Assembly: GCF_018977255.1 (NCBI RefSeq)
Contig: NW_024704743.1
Span: forward strand, 114,020,001-114,084,000
Origin: Callorhinchus milii
Taxonomy: Eukaryota
Direction: 5' to 3'
DNA length: 64,000 nt
Shown here: positions 13,515-24,680 of the stretch, piece after piece
Layout of the letters: every line of letters begins with the position of its first letter
Position numbering within the stretch: the first letter of the stretch is position 1
Notes under the pieces: model-generated
Database searches by the model: none
What the model was told of the DNA's origin: nothing
What the model saw: only the letters and a program-made list of their open reading frames with translations
Position numbers and translations under genes: made by a program

Positions 13515-14594
13515 GAGGGGAGGGGGGTGGGGGGTGACATTTGCTACAGGCAAATTAATTGCTGCCTTCACACATACACAAAATATACAGTCAATGATTA
13601 AGGATTATTATTAATACACAGTCCACGACCCATTTACAGTCAAATCCTGTGTAGCGCCTTGAAGCGCCATAGCAAATGCAATGATTATTTATCAATTGGA
13701 AGTTTTGTTCAAATAACGGCTGATTCCCTGTCCATGAGCAAACCCCCCCCCCCCCCCCCCCTCCCCTCCCCCTCCCTCCCTGTGACAATCTTTATCCCTC
13801 TATTTCCCCAGGTGATGAGTTACAGCTTCAGCTGCTGGACAGAAGAGACTCTTTAGACATCCCAGAGGGTGAGTGAGTGAACGCTACTCTCATTCTCTTG
13901 TACTGTGTCTGTTCAGTTGTACAGAATGACCCTCTCTCTCTCTCTCTCTCTCTCTCTCCCCCCCCCCCCCCCCTCACACACACAGGGCTCTCTGTTTCCC
14001 GCACTACCTGTGGGGGAATTTCTCATTTTGGGGTTTTCTGCTGTCAAAATCAGATCCCCAAAGGGGTTCGATTCGGACCCTTTACAGGAAAAGTGGTGAA
14101 CACGAGTGAGATTAAAACCTACGATGACAACTCCTTCATGTGGGAGGTAAGGATTAAGAATCGTTTGTATGTGTGTGTATGTATGTGTGTGTGTGTGTGT
14201 ATGTGTGTGTGAGAGAGGTCAACATTTAACTCAGTGGGAAGTTCTCCAACGCTTATTTCATCGCGAACATTTTAAACGGTTGCCATCTATTTCGATGCAC
14301 CGCTTTACGAACCGTTTGGTTAAGTATAAACCCTGTGCACAGCTGCAACAGGACGGGGCTGAGCTGCTGTCACGGGCGATGTTTGATTCGGTCAATATTA
14401 TCACAGAGTGGACGGGCACTGCGAGTTAATTCTCTCGGTGAGTGCTGTCGGTCACACTGGGAGAGTTGTCCAATATTATTAGGGGTCGTCTTCAAAACAG
14501 TGCGGTTGGTTGGAACAAGTTTGGACACTCACTTTCTCAGCACATTGGTGAGATTTACACACACCATACGACAAGGAAGAGAGAGAGAGGCGAT

Positions 14595-14625
<31 letters not shown>

Positions 14626-15612
14626 CTGGTACATATCTCCCGTTCTGTTCCATCTCCAGATTTCGCCAACAAAAGCTATTTGGGACTGAACCCAAAGTGC
14701 CCAAAATGAGCAATGGCGGAAACAACAGATTGCACAATGAGGAAAAGTTTCCACTCGTCCACACATTCAAAACGCAGTTTAATTCTCTCCCAACAAACTC
14801 TCACAATTGCAACAAGAACTCGCCTTTACACATCTTTATATATATAAATATCATATATATATATATGTGTGTATATATATATATATAGCGCCCTTCTCGC
14901 GGGGTAGTGTCTGTGAGCGCTTACACAGCCTTCTCAGTCCAGTCCCTATTCAGTCCCTATTCGGTCCCTGTTCAGTCCCTGTTCGGTCCCTATTCAGTCC
15001 CTATTCGGTCCCTGTTCAGTCCCTGTTCAGTCCCTATTCGGTCCCTGTTCAGTCCCTGTTCAGTCCCTATTGGGTCCCTGTTCAGTCCCTGTTCGGTCCC
15101 TATTCGGTCCCTGTTCAGTCCCTGTTCAGTCCCTGTTCAGTCCCTATTCGGTCCCTGTTCAGTCCCTGTTCGGTCCCTATTCGGTCCCTGTTCGGTCCCT
15201 ATTCGGTCCCTGACCTGTGCTGTTTCAGATTTTCCAGGATGGCCGTTTGAGTCACTTTATCGACGGGAAAGGGGTCGCCGGGAACTGGATGGCGTTTGTG
15301 AACTGCGCCCGGTCACTCCGGGAGCAAAACCTGACCGCCCTGCAGTGCGAGGGGAAGATCTACTACGAGACGTGCAAAGACGTGTGCGATCAGCAGGAGC
15401 TGCTGGTGTGGTACGGGGACTGTTACCTGCAGTTTATGGGAATCCCCGTCACGTTGAAAGAAATGACTGAAAGTCCACTCACGGACCAGAGTGAAGGTTA
15501 AAACACTTAAACGATTTTCTCCTCTTCTCCCTTTCTCTCTCCCTCTCCCTCTCTCTCTCTCTCTCTATTTTTTTTTTGCGGTTTTGCTGACATTAGCTAT
15601 TTTGCAATTTTG

Positions 15613-15659
<47 letters not shown>

Positions 15660-16004
15660 GTTGTTGTTGTTGTCGTTGTTGCAGAGTCCGGAGAAGGGTA
15701 TAATTGCGAGCGATGTGGGAAGGTTTTCGCCTACAAATACTACCGGGACAAACACCTGAAGTACACCCGCTGTGTGGATCAGGGCGATCGCAAGTTTCCC
15801 TGTCACCTGTGCAACAGGTCATTCGAGAAGCGAGACAGACTGAGGATCCACGTCCTTCACGTCCACGAGAAACATCGGCCGCACAAAGTGAGACGCGCTC
15901 CGGGGGGGGAAAAAAAAATATTAATTCGAAATAAATCATAATCCATCCCTCCCAGACTGACGCTGATTTAGGACATGTGAATGCAAATCGGTGCATTTTG
16001 TGGC

Positions 16005-16035
<31 letters not shown>

Positions 16036-19000
16036 GCACGACTTGCATTCCGTTTTAAGTCCGTTTTGCACCTGGTTTTACTTGTTTAAATGAAAAATGA
16101 ACGAAATCCGACAATTATTTTGTTTTACGCGCACACACACACCATACACACTCACCCCATCCACACACACACACCACACACACACCACACACACACCATC
16201 CACACACCACACACACACCACCCACACACACCACCCACACCACCCACACACCACACACACCACCCACACACCACACACTTAACTCTCATTCTACCCATTC
16301 TCAGCAAAAGCGACTTGGATTTAACGAAAAAATGCTCAAATGAACAAAGTTATTCAGAAAATAACATTTGTAACTTTAAAAGCACCACTTTCTATATCAT
16401 CTAATGTTGAGTGCAATTGTATTCAGCGACTGCTTTCTCCCTGAATCTCACGTTTTGTCAAAATATTGACAATATTTTTACTAAATATTTTCCCATGTCT
16501 GACAGCCAGTATTTTTACAACGATATTTTCGATATTCTTACAATTAACCTTTTGCAAATAATTTTGCCATCCGACATATGTTAAATCAGGGTTATCCATA
16601 ATGGCTTTAATTGAAAGCTGCTCAAAACAAACTGATGTGTGACTTGAGTCTTAAATGTTACAAACCTACATCTGAAAGAACAGAACACAAACGAATCTTA
16701 TTCGATGGGGGTCAATTAAAACGGTACCGTCTAACAGTCCTCGTTGTGTCTGACAGTCTGAGCTTATTAAATGCATCCTGACCAGATATCTCCCACCAGT
16801 TCTGATGGGGAGGTTGTGGGTCCACAGCTATAGTAAACAACGAATACCTTGCACACTGAGGAATAGTTGACACACTGACAATGACAACAACAATTTGCAT
16901 TTACATATAAATAATATATAACTTTATTATTATGTAATAATGATTATTATGTCCTTATATTATTTATATTATCCGTTTTAAGTCCATTTTGCATTGGTTT
17001 TACTTTATTATAGTATATTATATAGCGTCTGGGAGCACCAATAGACAATTATACCATCTCCTGCTTTATTCCAAATGAAAGCATTATTATTATTGTTTCA
17101 TCTCTTACATCTCTTATCTCTTCGAGAACACTTTTATACCCTCAAGTACTGTCATGGCCAAAGGTTATATAAATAAATGTTCACACAGGTATACTTGTAT
17201 CTACATGAAGAGTTCATCTTTTTGACAGTGATGTTTGTGGCACTAGAGTATTTTCCTCCCTTCCTGCCTTCCCTGGGAGCTGAGGTATGCACTGAGCACC
17301 GCTGGTCCACAGGTGCACAAGTCACAACACTTTACAGTAAACCCTGCTCTGAGACGTTTGCAGGACATAATAAGGCGCTATATCAACTGCAAAGATTATT
17401 ATTATTATCGTCATCATTACTCTACCTCTCAGAACTGGCCGCTGGAGTGCCCAGACACCACTTGGGACCAATGGTCTGGCTGGTGCTTGAGGTGGCACAG
17501 GCCCAGAATCCAGCATTTGACCACTTCTGTCTGTTCTAACGCAGCACCCTTCCTTCCTTCCTTCCTTCCTTCCTTCCTTCCTTCCTTCCTTCCTTCCTTC
17601 CTTCCTTCCTTCCTTCCTTCCTTCCTTCCTTCTCTCCCTCCCTCCTTCCCATCTGTGTGAAAGAGCTTTCCCATAATGGGTGCTGTGTTAATTAATTACA
17701 CCCGTCTCTTCACATAATTGGGAATAATACATTTAACCATAACAACCCCCAACCATAAAATATACAGAGCAATGGTTTAACAACTAATATTTCTAAATTC
17801 TACACAGTCCTTTGTAAGAACCGTCAGTTGCACAATTGCATACTTTTTCACCATTGTTACTTGTACATAGTATATTCTGTGTACACAGCTTTGAGCTGTC
17901 TCATCGACATGATAAGGCGCTATATCGAATGCAAGGAGTATTATTTTAACGCAACTTTGCTCCTCTCTCCCCCTCTCCCCACCCCCCTCTCTCTCTCTCT
18001 CGCTCTCTCTCTCTGGGCCAGTGCTCGGTGTGCGGCAAGAGCTTCTCTCAGTCCTCCAGCCTCAACAAGCACATGAGGGTCCACTCTGGGGAGAGACCGT
18101 ACAAGTGCGTCTATTGCAACAAGGTGAGAAAAATGTTATCTTTTTTGCAAAGGGAAACTGCAACTTGTATTGCCTGTTTTTGCTACTTTTATTTCTTTCT
18201 CTTAATCTTTTGTTTCTCCCCTCTCGCCCTTCTCCTCTGGCTGCAGGCTTTCACCGCCTCCAGCATCCTGCGCACCCACATCCGACAGCACTCGGGGGAG
18301 AAGCCCTTTAAGTGCCGTCACTGTGGGAAGGCCTTCGCCTCACACGCTGCCCACGACAGCCATGTGCGCCGCACGCATGCCAAGGAGAGGAGCTGCACCT
18401 GCGCCCTCTGCGGCAAAACCTTCCCCGAGGAGCACGAGCTCAAGGTGCACCAGGTGCAGCTGCATGCAGGTGAGTTACCTGGCCTACCTGTGGGGACAGG
18501 GGAGTGACTGTGGGGCAGGGGAGTGACTGGGTGGGGGGGGCATCATAGGTGAGCAGGGGACAGGTGAGTGACCTGAGGTGGGGGGCACAAGTGAGTTATG
18601 GGGGGGGGAGGTGAGGAGTTACTGGCGAGGGGGGGGACGTGAAAGAAAGGAGGGGAAGGGGAAAAGGTGAGTTACCCGGGGAGAGGAGGTGAGTTACCCG
18701 TGGGGGGGTTGGTGGTTAGTTACCTGGGGGCAATAGGTGAGTGATCAAGGGGGACAGGTGAATGACCTGCTATTTGATACAGTGACTGTTGTCAAATTCT
18801 CAGCACTGTTTTTGTTGGCAAATGTAGAAGTGAATTTCGACAGAACAAGATCCTACAAACAATTAATTGGAAGGATTGTTGACCTCTTTTTTAAATAGTG
18901 CCAAGGACTCTTTAATGTAGATGCCAAATTTCTCTAAATCAGACTGACCCCAAAAAATCCCACCCTCCTGCTTTCCAAATCTGTTTCATAATACTAATTC

Positions 19001-20757
19001 TTGCGTTGATATCACACTTTATCATGTCGTTAAAACGTCTCATAGAGTTCCGCAACGTATACAATGAAGTGTAGTGACTTGCAATAGCGAATGCAATTGT
19101 TTTGAAAGCTATTTGTAACTGATCTTGCACCACCCTGATTCAAAGACTCCGATTGGAATGATTTCCGTGCTCTTGTTAGCTATTGTTCTACGTTACCCTT
19201 GTGGGGTTGTCTGGATTAGTAATTTGATACAGTCTGTAATTAACGGGTTCGGAATGAGGTGTAGTGTAAAGTCTCACTTACCAGGAATTGGACTGCTTGA
19301 TCACATCACTGTTGAATAGGGGATAGTGGACTCTTCACAGGCACAAGCAAACCTATGCCCACAGTTTTGCTTGCTCTCCTTGGTGGCATTAAAGTCGATG
19401 CAATGAGCAACCTGACTTTTGACTTTTTAATTTTTAAGAAGTTTGCTGTTTCCCACTGTGGATTGGTTGGTAAACAACAACACCACATTACTTTTGTATT
19501 TCACGTCGGGAGGAAGTCCCAAGATGATGGACAGTCAGCGATTTGGATGGTAAAGCCTCCGTCTTCTGTGGAACTGAATCACTAGACCAGCAACAACAAC
19601 AGCATTTATACGGCACCCTTCACACTGGATAGCACCTTGGAGAACTCCATCGTGGCTGGGTTGGTTGCTAAACAAGGGAGAAGGGAGAGATGAGTATAAG
19701 TACAGTCAAAGAGGGATAGGAGTCTTATATTAGCCTCTGCACTATGACTTGGGCTGGGAAGATCCACTTATACTATTTACAAGAATCACAGATGAAGAAT
19801 TGGGCTCCTAGTTGAGATAATTTAGGGCAAGCAATGCTTGTGGAACCACACTACTCCAACAGAAGAAGAGCAGCATAAATAAGGGCTGAAGTACCCTGAA
19901 ATGTACTGTAATGGCTCAGTGATAGTGCTAAATGATCTGTTGCAGGTCTTTTCACCAGCATAACATACAGTAGTTCCCCTTTACATTTGTATGTATAATG
20001 GATGAACAATGCTCAATATGAAGTATAACTGGACGATAAAAAAGCAGAGTGCTGTGAAACTGTGTGGTTAATTTTATACCATATTTTTATATGAAAAAAT
20101 AATAATTTGGTTAATCAACCAACAACTTATTTGTGGGACACTGCTGTGCACAATTGGCTGCTGCATTTCGTGCACAAAATATACAGTCAATTTACTTTAC
20201 AATATATTCTGTGAAGCACTTTGAAATGTCTCAAAAACGTGATAAAGCAAGGATTATTATTATTATGTGAATGTTATCCTGACGTCACCCCAACACTTGC
20301 TTGAAAAATCTCTTTATTGAGGTAAAAAAGACAATTTATAGTATGTTCCTGAGGTTGAATTTGTTTCCTGTGTTCTAAAATTCCAATACACAAACATTGT
20401 AGGAAATACACGCTATCATAATACTATTCATTTCTCACTTCAAAAGGCACATAGCTATTTGTACCATTGTTGCAATCATCTACCTCTGTGCTTGTCTTGG
20501 AAATCTTTTTGGTTTTAACTTCCATATTTATTTCTTCACCAGGTGAAAGATTCCAGGTAGATACTGCTGTGAAGCCAGAATTACACCATATGCCTCCTAT
20601 CGGTCAAATAGACTCTGTGAATGAAAATTATCTTTACAATTCAAGTGAGGAGCCTCTAGTTGTCCCAAATAACCTATACAAAGAGGAGAACAGCCCCTAT
20701 GGAGCAAGCACAGGAATCACCATACAACATAATGACGGCCGCAGACCCTGGAATTAG
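12439..20757 (+). CDS. PRDM14: PR/SET domain zinc finger protein 14; join(12439..13051,13812..13868,13986..14146,15229..15496,15685..15887,18022..18123,18247..18469,20543..20757), 613 aa
   Basis: All introns GT-AG with compatible phases and a total of 1842 nt. Diagnostic motifs: FTEEDLxxVLYG, GVRFGPFxGKVVN, GNWMxx[74 protein letters not shown]. Confidence 0.95.
13205..13382 (+). mobile_element. SINE 3' half in PRDM14 intron
   Basis: actgtttgtggg...gctgcgcgcaattgg...gtgaagc...gcgctatgtcaaaggc, matching the window's SINE family. Confidence 0.7.
13812..13868 (+). CDS. PRDM14: PRDM14 coding exon 2 (57 nt, [20 protein letters not shown])
   Basis: tttccccAG acceptor, GTGAGT donor, phase 1-1; DSLDIPEG resembles the human DSLQLPEG. 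Not in the ORF track in this frame. Confidence 0.88.
13986..14146 (+). CDS. PRDM14: PRDM14 coding exon 3 (PR/SET N-part)
   Basis: [41 protein letters not shown]; cacAG acceptor, GTAAGG donor. Confidence 0.95.
14940..15212 (+). repeat. 11-bp minisatellite TTC(A/G)GTCCCT(G/A), about 25 copies
   Basis: Direct tandem array ending 16 nt before the exon at 15229. Confidence 0.95.
15229..15496 (+). CDS. PRDM14: PRDM14 coding exon 4 (PR/SET C-part)
   Basis: [28 protein letters not shown]...[10 protein letters not shown]; tttcAG acceptor, GTTAAA donor (phase 1). Confidence 0.95.
15685..15887 (+). CDS. PRDM14: PRDM14 coding exon 5 (ZF1-ZF2)
   Basis: Manual translation [68 protein letters not shown]; gcAG acceptor, GTGAGA donor. 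Confidence 0.95.
16131..16278 (+). repeat. Degenerate (CA)/(CCA) microsatellite
   Basis: Run of cacaccacacac variants. Confidence 0.9.
17550..17650 (+). repeat. (TTCC)n microsatellite
   Basis: About 20 perfect TTCC units followed by CTCC units. Confidence 0.95.
18022..18123 (+). CDS. PRDM14: PRDM14 coding exon 6 (ZF3 and start of ZF4)
   Basis: [34 protein letters not shown]; ccAG acceptor, GTGAGA donor. Confidence 0.95.
18247..18469 (+). CDS. PRDM14: PRDM14 coding exon 7 (end of ZF4, ZF5, ZF6)
   Basis: [74 protein letters not shown]; ctgcAG acceptor, GTGAGT donor. Confidence 0.93.
18468..18770 (+). repeat. Degenerate tandem array of AGGTGAGT(T/G)ACC plus G-run units
   Basis: Donor-like cores at 18468, 18547, 18562, 18589, 18609, 18665, 18687, 18714, 18735 and 18756. 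Confidence 0.8.
20110..20266 (+). mobile_element. SINE 3' half
   Basis: ttgtgggacactgctgtgcacaattggctg...gcaaggattattattattat. Confidence 0.75.
20543..20757 (+). CDS. PRDM14: PRDM14 terminal coding exon (acidic/Pro/Asn-rich tail ending RRPWN*)
   Basis: Acceptor tttcttcaccAG, phase 1 matching the donor at 18470; open frame to TAG; AATAAA sites downstream. Confidence 0.72.
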
Positions 20758-21025
20758 GAAACCACAGACTTTTACAAATACTTAGCGGCACATTTTTGCT
20801 AAACCACACAAGTGCAGTCAGTTTCCTTCCTGCTCTCAGAGTTAGGAAATGACTGGATTGATGGAGATTTTGTTTTAAATAACTACAAAGAGTTTTGCAC
20901 ACATCTTATGTTTACTTTTATTTTTTTGCCAAGATGTTGATTCTGAAAATCCGCAATGTGGCTAGGTTTGCACTGATTGAAACTATGCCGAGCAGTGGTG
21001 GCCAACCTTTATGGTCGGCCAACAA

Positions 21026-23353
21026 AATAAATGTTCTTGATTGAATATTTCTTGGTTTATGCCACAAATCAAGTGTGAATGTCCTTGACAGCCTGCAGGC
21101 CACAATTTGGCCACCACTGATCTAGAGAATTGCACAGCAAGAGAACTGCAGTCAGACAATGGAGAGTCATAATTGCTAAACAGGTAGCGAAACAAAGTGA
21201 GTTGAATTTCTGTCTCTTTTAGCATTTACCAGTATAAATCATTAGCAAGGAAAGTATAGACATCTATTTCTTCTTTTGCTGATTTTCCCTTAAATATTGT
21301 ACAGATGCTAATACAAACATAACTAGTTTCCCAAGTAATGTAACAAATGGATTTCTGTGGGATAGGAGAGACTAGAAACTAGTAACTCAGAATTTTGTGC
21401 TTGAATCAGCTATGCATTTATCTGGATTTGATTATAACGCTAATGCCATAGCATTTATCTAATAAAATGTTCTATAAACTCAGGATGCTCTGCAGAGCAC
21501 GGCATGGCACTAAGCTTTTAGGGTGCTTGCCAAGTAAGTAATGTTAACTGAGAAAGTTACTTCAGTTTTGATATGCTACAATCAGTATGTATAAGTGCAC
21601 TGAAGCTTTCTTAATATGGAAGAGTCAGCCTCATTTGGTCTCTTTTCTATTGGGACGTCCTCCCAATGTGAAAGGCTCTTTACAAATGTAACTTTGTCGT
21701 CGTTGTAACTCCCAAACAATAATTCTGCATCATTCATTCTAAGTTGTAGCCGAGGCTACTAATCTGGAATTAGCACAGTACAAGATTCCAGACAGAATTT
21801 ATCAGAAAAATGATGAAGTCGTTATTCTCCCTGGATATTTTTAAGTGCTGGAGTCTCATGTTAGCTCTCAATGACTCCGTAAGTAAAGCCACTGCCTCCT
21901 GTGAATTGGATAGTGTAAACACAGAAAGACTAAAAAAANGCGAAAATACTGCAATGTTGGAAATCCCAAATAAAACAGAAATCGCTGGGAACACTCAGCA
22001 AGTCAGGCAGCATCCATGGAGAGAGGAAAGTGAGTTAATGCTTCAGGTCGATGATCTTTTGTTCAGTTCTGACAAATATCTGAAAACCAAACTAAAAAAT
22101 CCTGCCTTTTCCCTTTGTCGAATTTCCATTCGTATTTTTTCAGCTACTCAATTCACTGAAATGGCATGAAAAATGACTGGACAAGCACTTGAGTGGGTTG
22201 CACGTGTGTTAAGGTGTTACTGGCAACATCAGAGCCACGCAGTGGTGGGACACGCATTCAGTCTCCCCTTTGCTAGTGAGCGCCCAAACCCAGCCAGCCT
22301 GCTGGGGAGAGGCACTGAGCCGAGGCCAGGGGGAAAAGAAGGTCAAATGGATAGTCACCACGGCGCAACCTCATGCATCTCGTAACAGCTGGTCCACAGC
22401 AGCATTGGTGGACCCGTGGGAACAAGCTGATTACCTGCCTTTTTGCCTGCAGTCAGTGCACGCCTAGGAGAGAAAATAGTCGACAGTTATCCTGTGGTAA
22501 TAATCAGGCAGCAATATGCAGCCGTGAGAGGTACCCATAGAATTAAGGTCAAACTGCCCAGTTAGTTTCTCATTTAAATGATAGGATAACCACAGGTCTG
22601 TTTTATGCAAGTGAGTGATGCTTTTGAGCCCAGTGTACTCTGCGGCCATAAAAAAAACTACCTCAAGACTTTATGTGGCCGTAGTACTGTAGTTCTGATC
22701 ATTTTAGTGTGTCTTAAACTGTTTGTACAATACAATTAAGATTTTGTGTGTAAGTGTCTTGCTATTGTGTTAAACATACATTTCCATAATGGTGTGTGCT
22801 CTAATATTTATTGTATTTGAAAGTTTTGTTTTTGTGGGTTTTTTATGTCAAGTAGATTTATATTGTTCCATTGATGAAGATTATTTCGTAAAATTACAAA
22901 AATGCACAAAGGCAAAACAAAGCTTAACATGTAGTCATGCTCAGTGTTGAGAGAGACAAAATGCAAAATATTACTACTTTCAGAGAAGCTTGATATTTTG
23001 TCTTTCTGCATGATTGGCAATTTCTGATATACTTAAAATTCTTGCAATGTTACAACTACTTTTAATTTTATGCAAAACAATTGAAATTGTAAAGCTGCTA
23101 ATCTTTTAAGTGCTGTTTGTTTTGGACATGCATTTTTCACTTTAATTATAGTAGCTGTACTTCAGGTCAGGAGAGGATACATTGGTTTAAAGATTGTAAT
23201 GTCTGATAGGGATGCAAAGAATGGAATAAAATGGAACCTTGCTGTGATATCTTGAACTTTTATTTTTATTTTTCCAGCCTTGTGCTGTTGTCTCAAATGG
23301 AGAAGGATTGTTGGAAAATCTTAAAAGTCGCTTGCATTTAAAGTAGGAATAAA
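21026..23353 (+). terminator. Candidate PRDM14 poly(A) signals
   Basis: AATAAA at 21026, 21461, 23225 and 23348; the used site cannot be determined from sequence. Confidence 0.35.
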
Positions 23354-24400
23354 ACTTCCAATTAAATGAGAATATTCATGAAAACACTTAAAGGCAGAGC
23401 AGGAGGCCTTTCCACAGGGACCTGTACAGCTGTTTGCTCGATTCCACACCAACCCTTTACTATATAGGAAACGGTTGTTTTAGGCACTAATCCAGGTATT
23501 TTTTTAAGAGTATATAAGCGGAATTCATATGACTTTCCCTGGCAGTTCCTACTTGTGTGGTTGTGTTCCTTTTTGCCTCATCTGACTAATTGGAGTGACT
23601 GGAAATATATTTGGCTGCTGAATGAATGTTTTCAGTAATGAGGTAGATGAACAAAGGAGCAAGTGTGAAAATTAACTATGCAAGGCACAAATTAATGACA
23701 ATAGAGTGGAACAATTAAGTGGTTTTAAGGCAAAGAATCGTGGGTGTGGGGACAAAGGATAGTCCAGTGACATCTGCTGCCCTTTGATAGCTCCATCATG
23801 TCACCAAATGTCGGAATTTGTTTTTCAGAACCTTTTCAGCAGCACTTCATGGGGAGTCTTGCTCGTGCCCAAAGAGAAAGAGAGAGAGAGAAAATCCAAC
23901 TAGCTCAGTAACACATAATGCAGCTAAAAGATATTGATCAGTTTTTTCTGTTCAATAAACAAGTTAAAAGATTTTTTGTCTGTGAGATCTGCACTGTTAG
24001 TGTTATCTACAGATGAAACCTGTAAAGCGATCTTACTGCATTAAACCAAGATTAGATTTATCCCCCAGCTCCAGCCAAATGCATTTTCTACCTTTTGGAT
24101 GTGTATGCATGTATTGGATTTATATGTATTTATATAGCTACAAATAATGTACAGGGCGCTATATAAATGCATGTTGTTGTTTTTGGTTAATCTTAATATT
24201 GTTTTTATAACCACTTGAACAGAAAGAGATTAATTTCATTGAATAGTTTTGAGATTCAGTTCCCTCAATAACAGTGGTTGTATAAAGTTTCTTTAAATTT
24301 TGGAGCACATGATTTATCTTTAAGCCTGTTTTAAAAAATACTCAAGCAGAAAATGCTCCATGGTGCCATACAGAAATGGTATTGCTTTCAATTCCAGATA

Positions 24401-24680
24401 CAGTCAAACCTGTCTTGAACAACCTCTCAAGGAACTGGGCCAAAGTGGCCTTTATGCAGGGTAACCAAAAAGTTGTGATAGCTACCCTATTATCTTAAAA
24501 ATATATATAATTTCTTTAAGACTTATTAGACATTGTAATGGTATCACAATGTTTTGGTCACTCTGTATAAGGGTGGCCTCTGAGTAAGGGTTTGTCGATG
24601 TGTGAACCGGGCTGTCCCAGGGTGATTGTTAACAGGGGATGGTTGCTGAATGGAGGTGGTTGCTTGAACAGGTTTGACTG
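24401..24680. mobile_element. pogo/Tigger-like MITE, 280 bp
   Basis: Perfect 13-bp TIRs CAGTCAAACCTGT...ACAGGTTTGACTG with TA on both flanks; no coding capacity. Confidence 0.8.

Noticed and set aside
14807..15470. ORFs with [10 protein letters not shown] repeats, and a possible CRISPR-like look
   Set aside because: Head-to-tail 11-bp units with no spacers, inside an intron of a vertebrate gene.
15981..15988. Octamer ATGCAAAT as a POU5-type site
   Set aside because: A single 8-mer with no adjacent SOX half-site; expected by chance.
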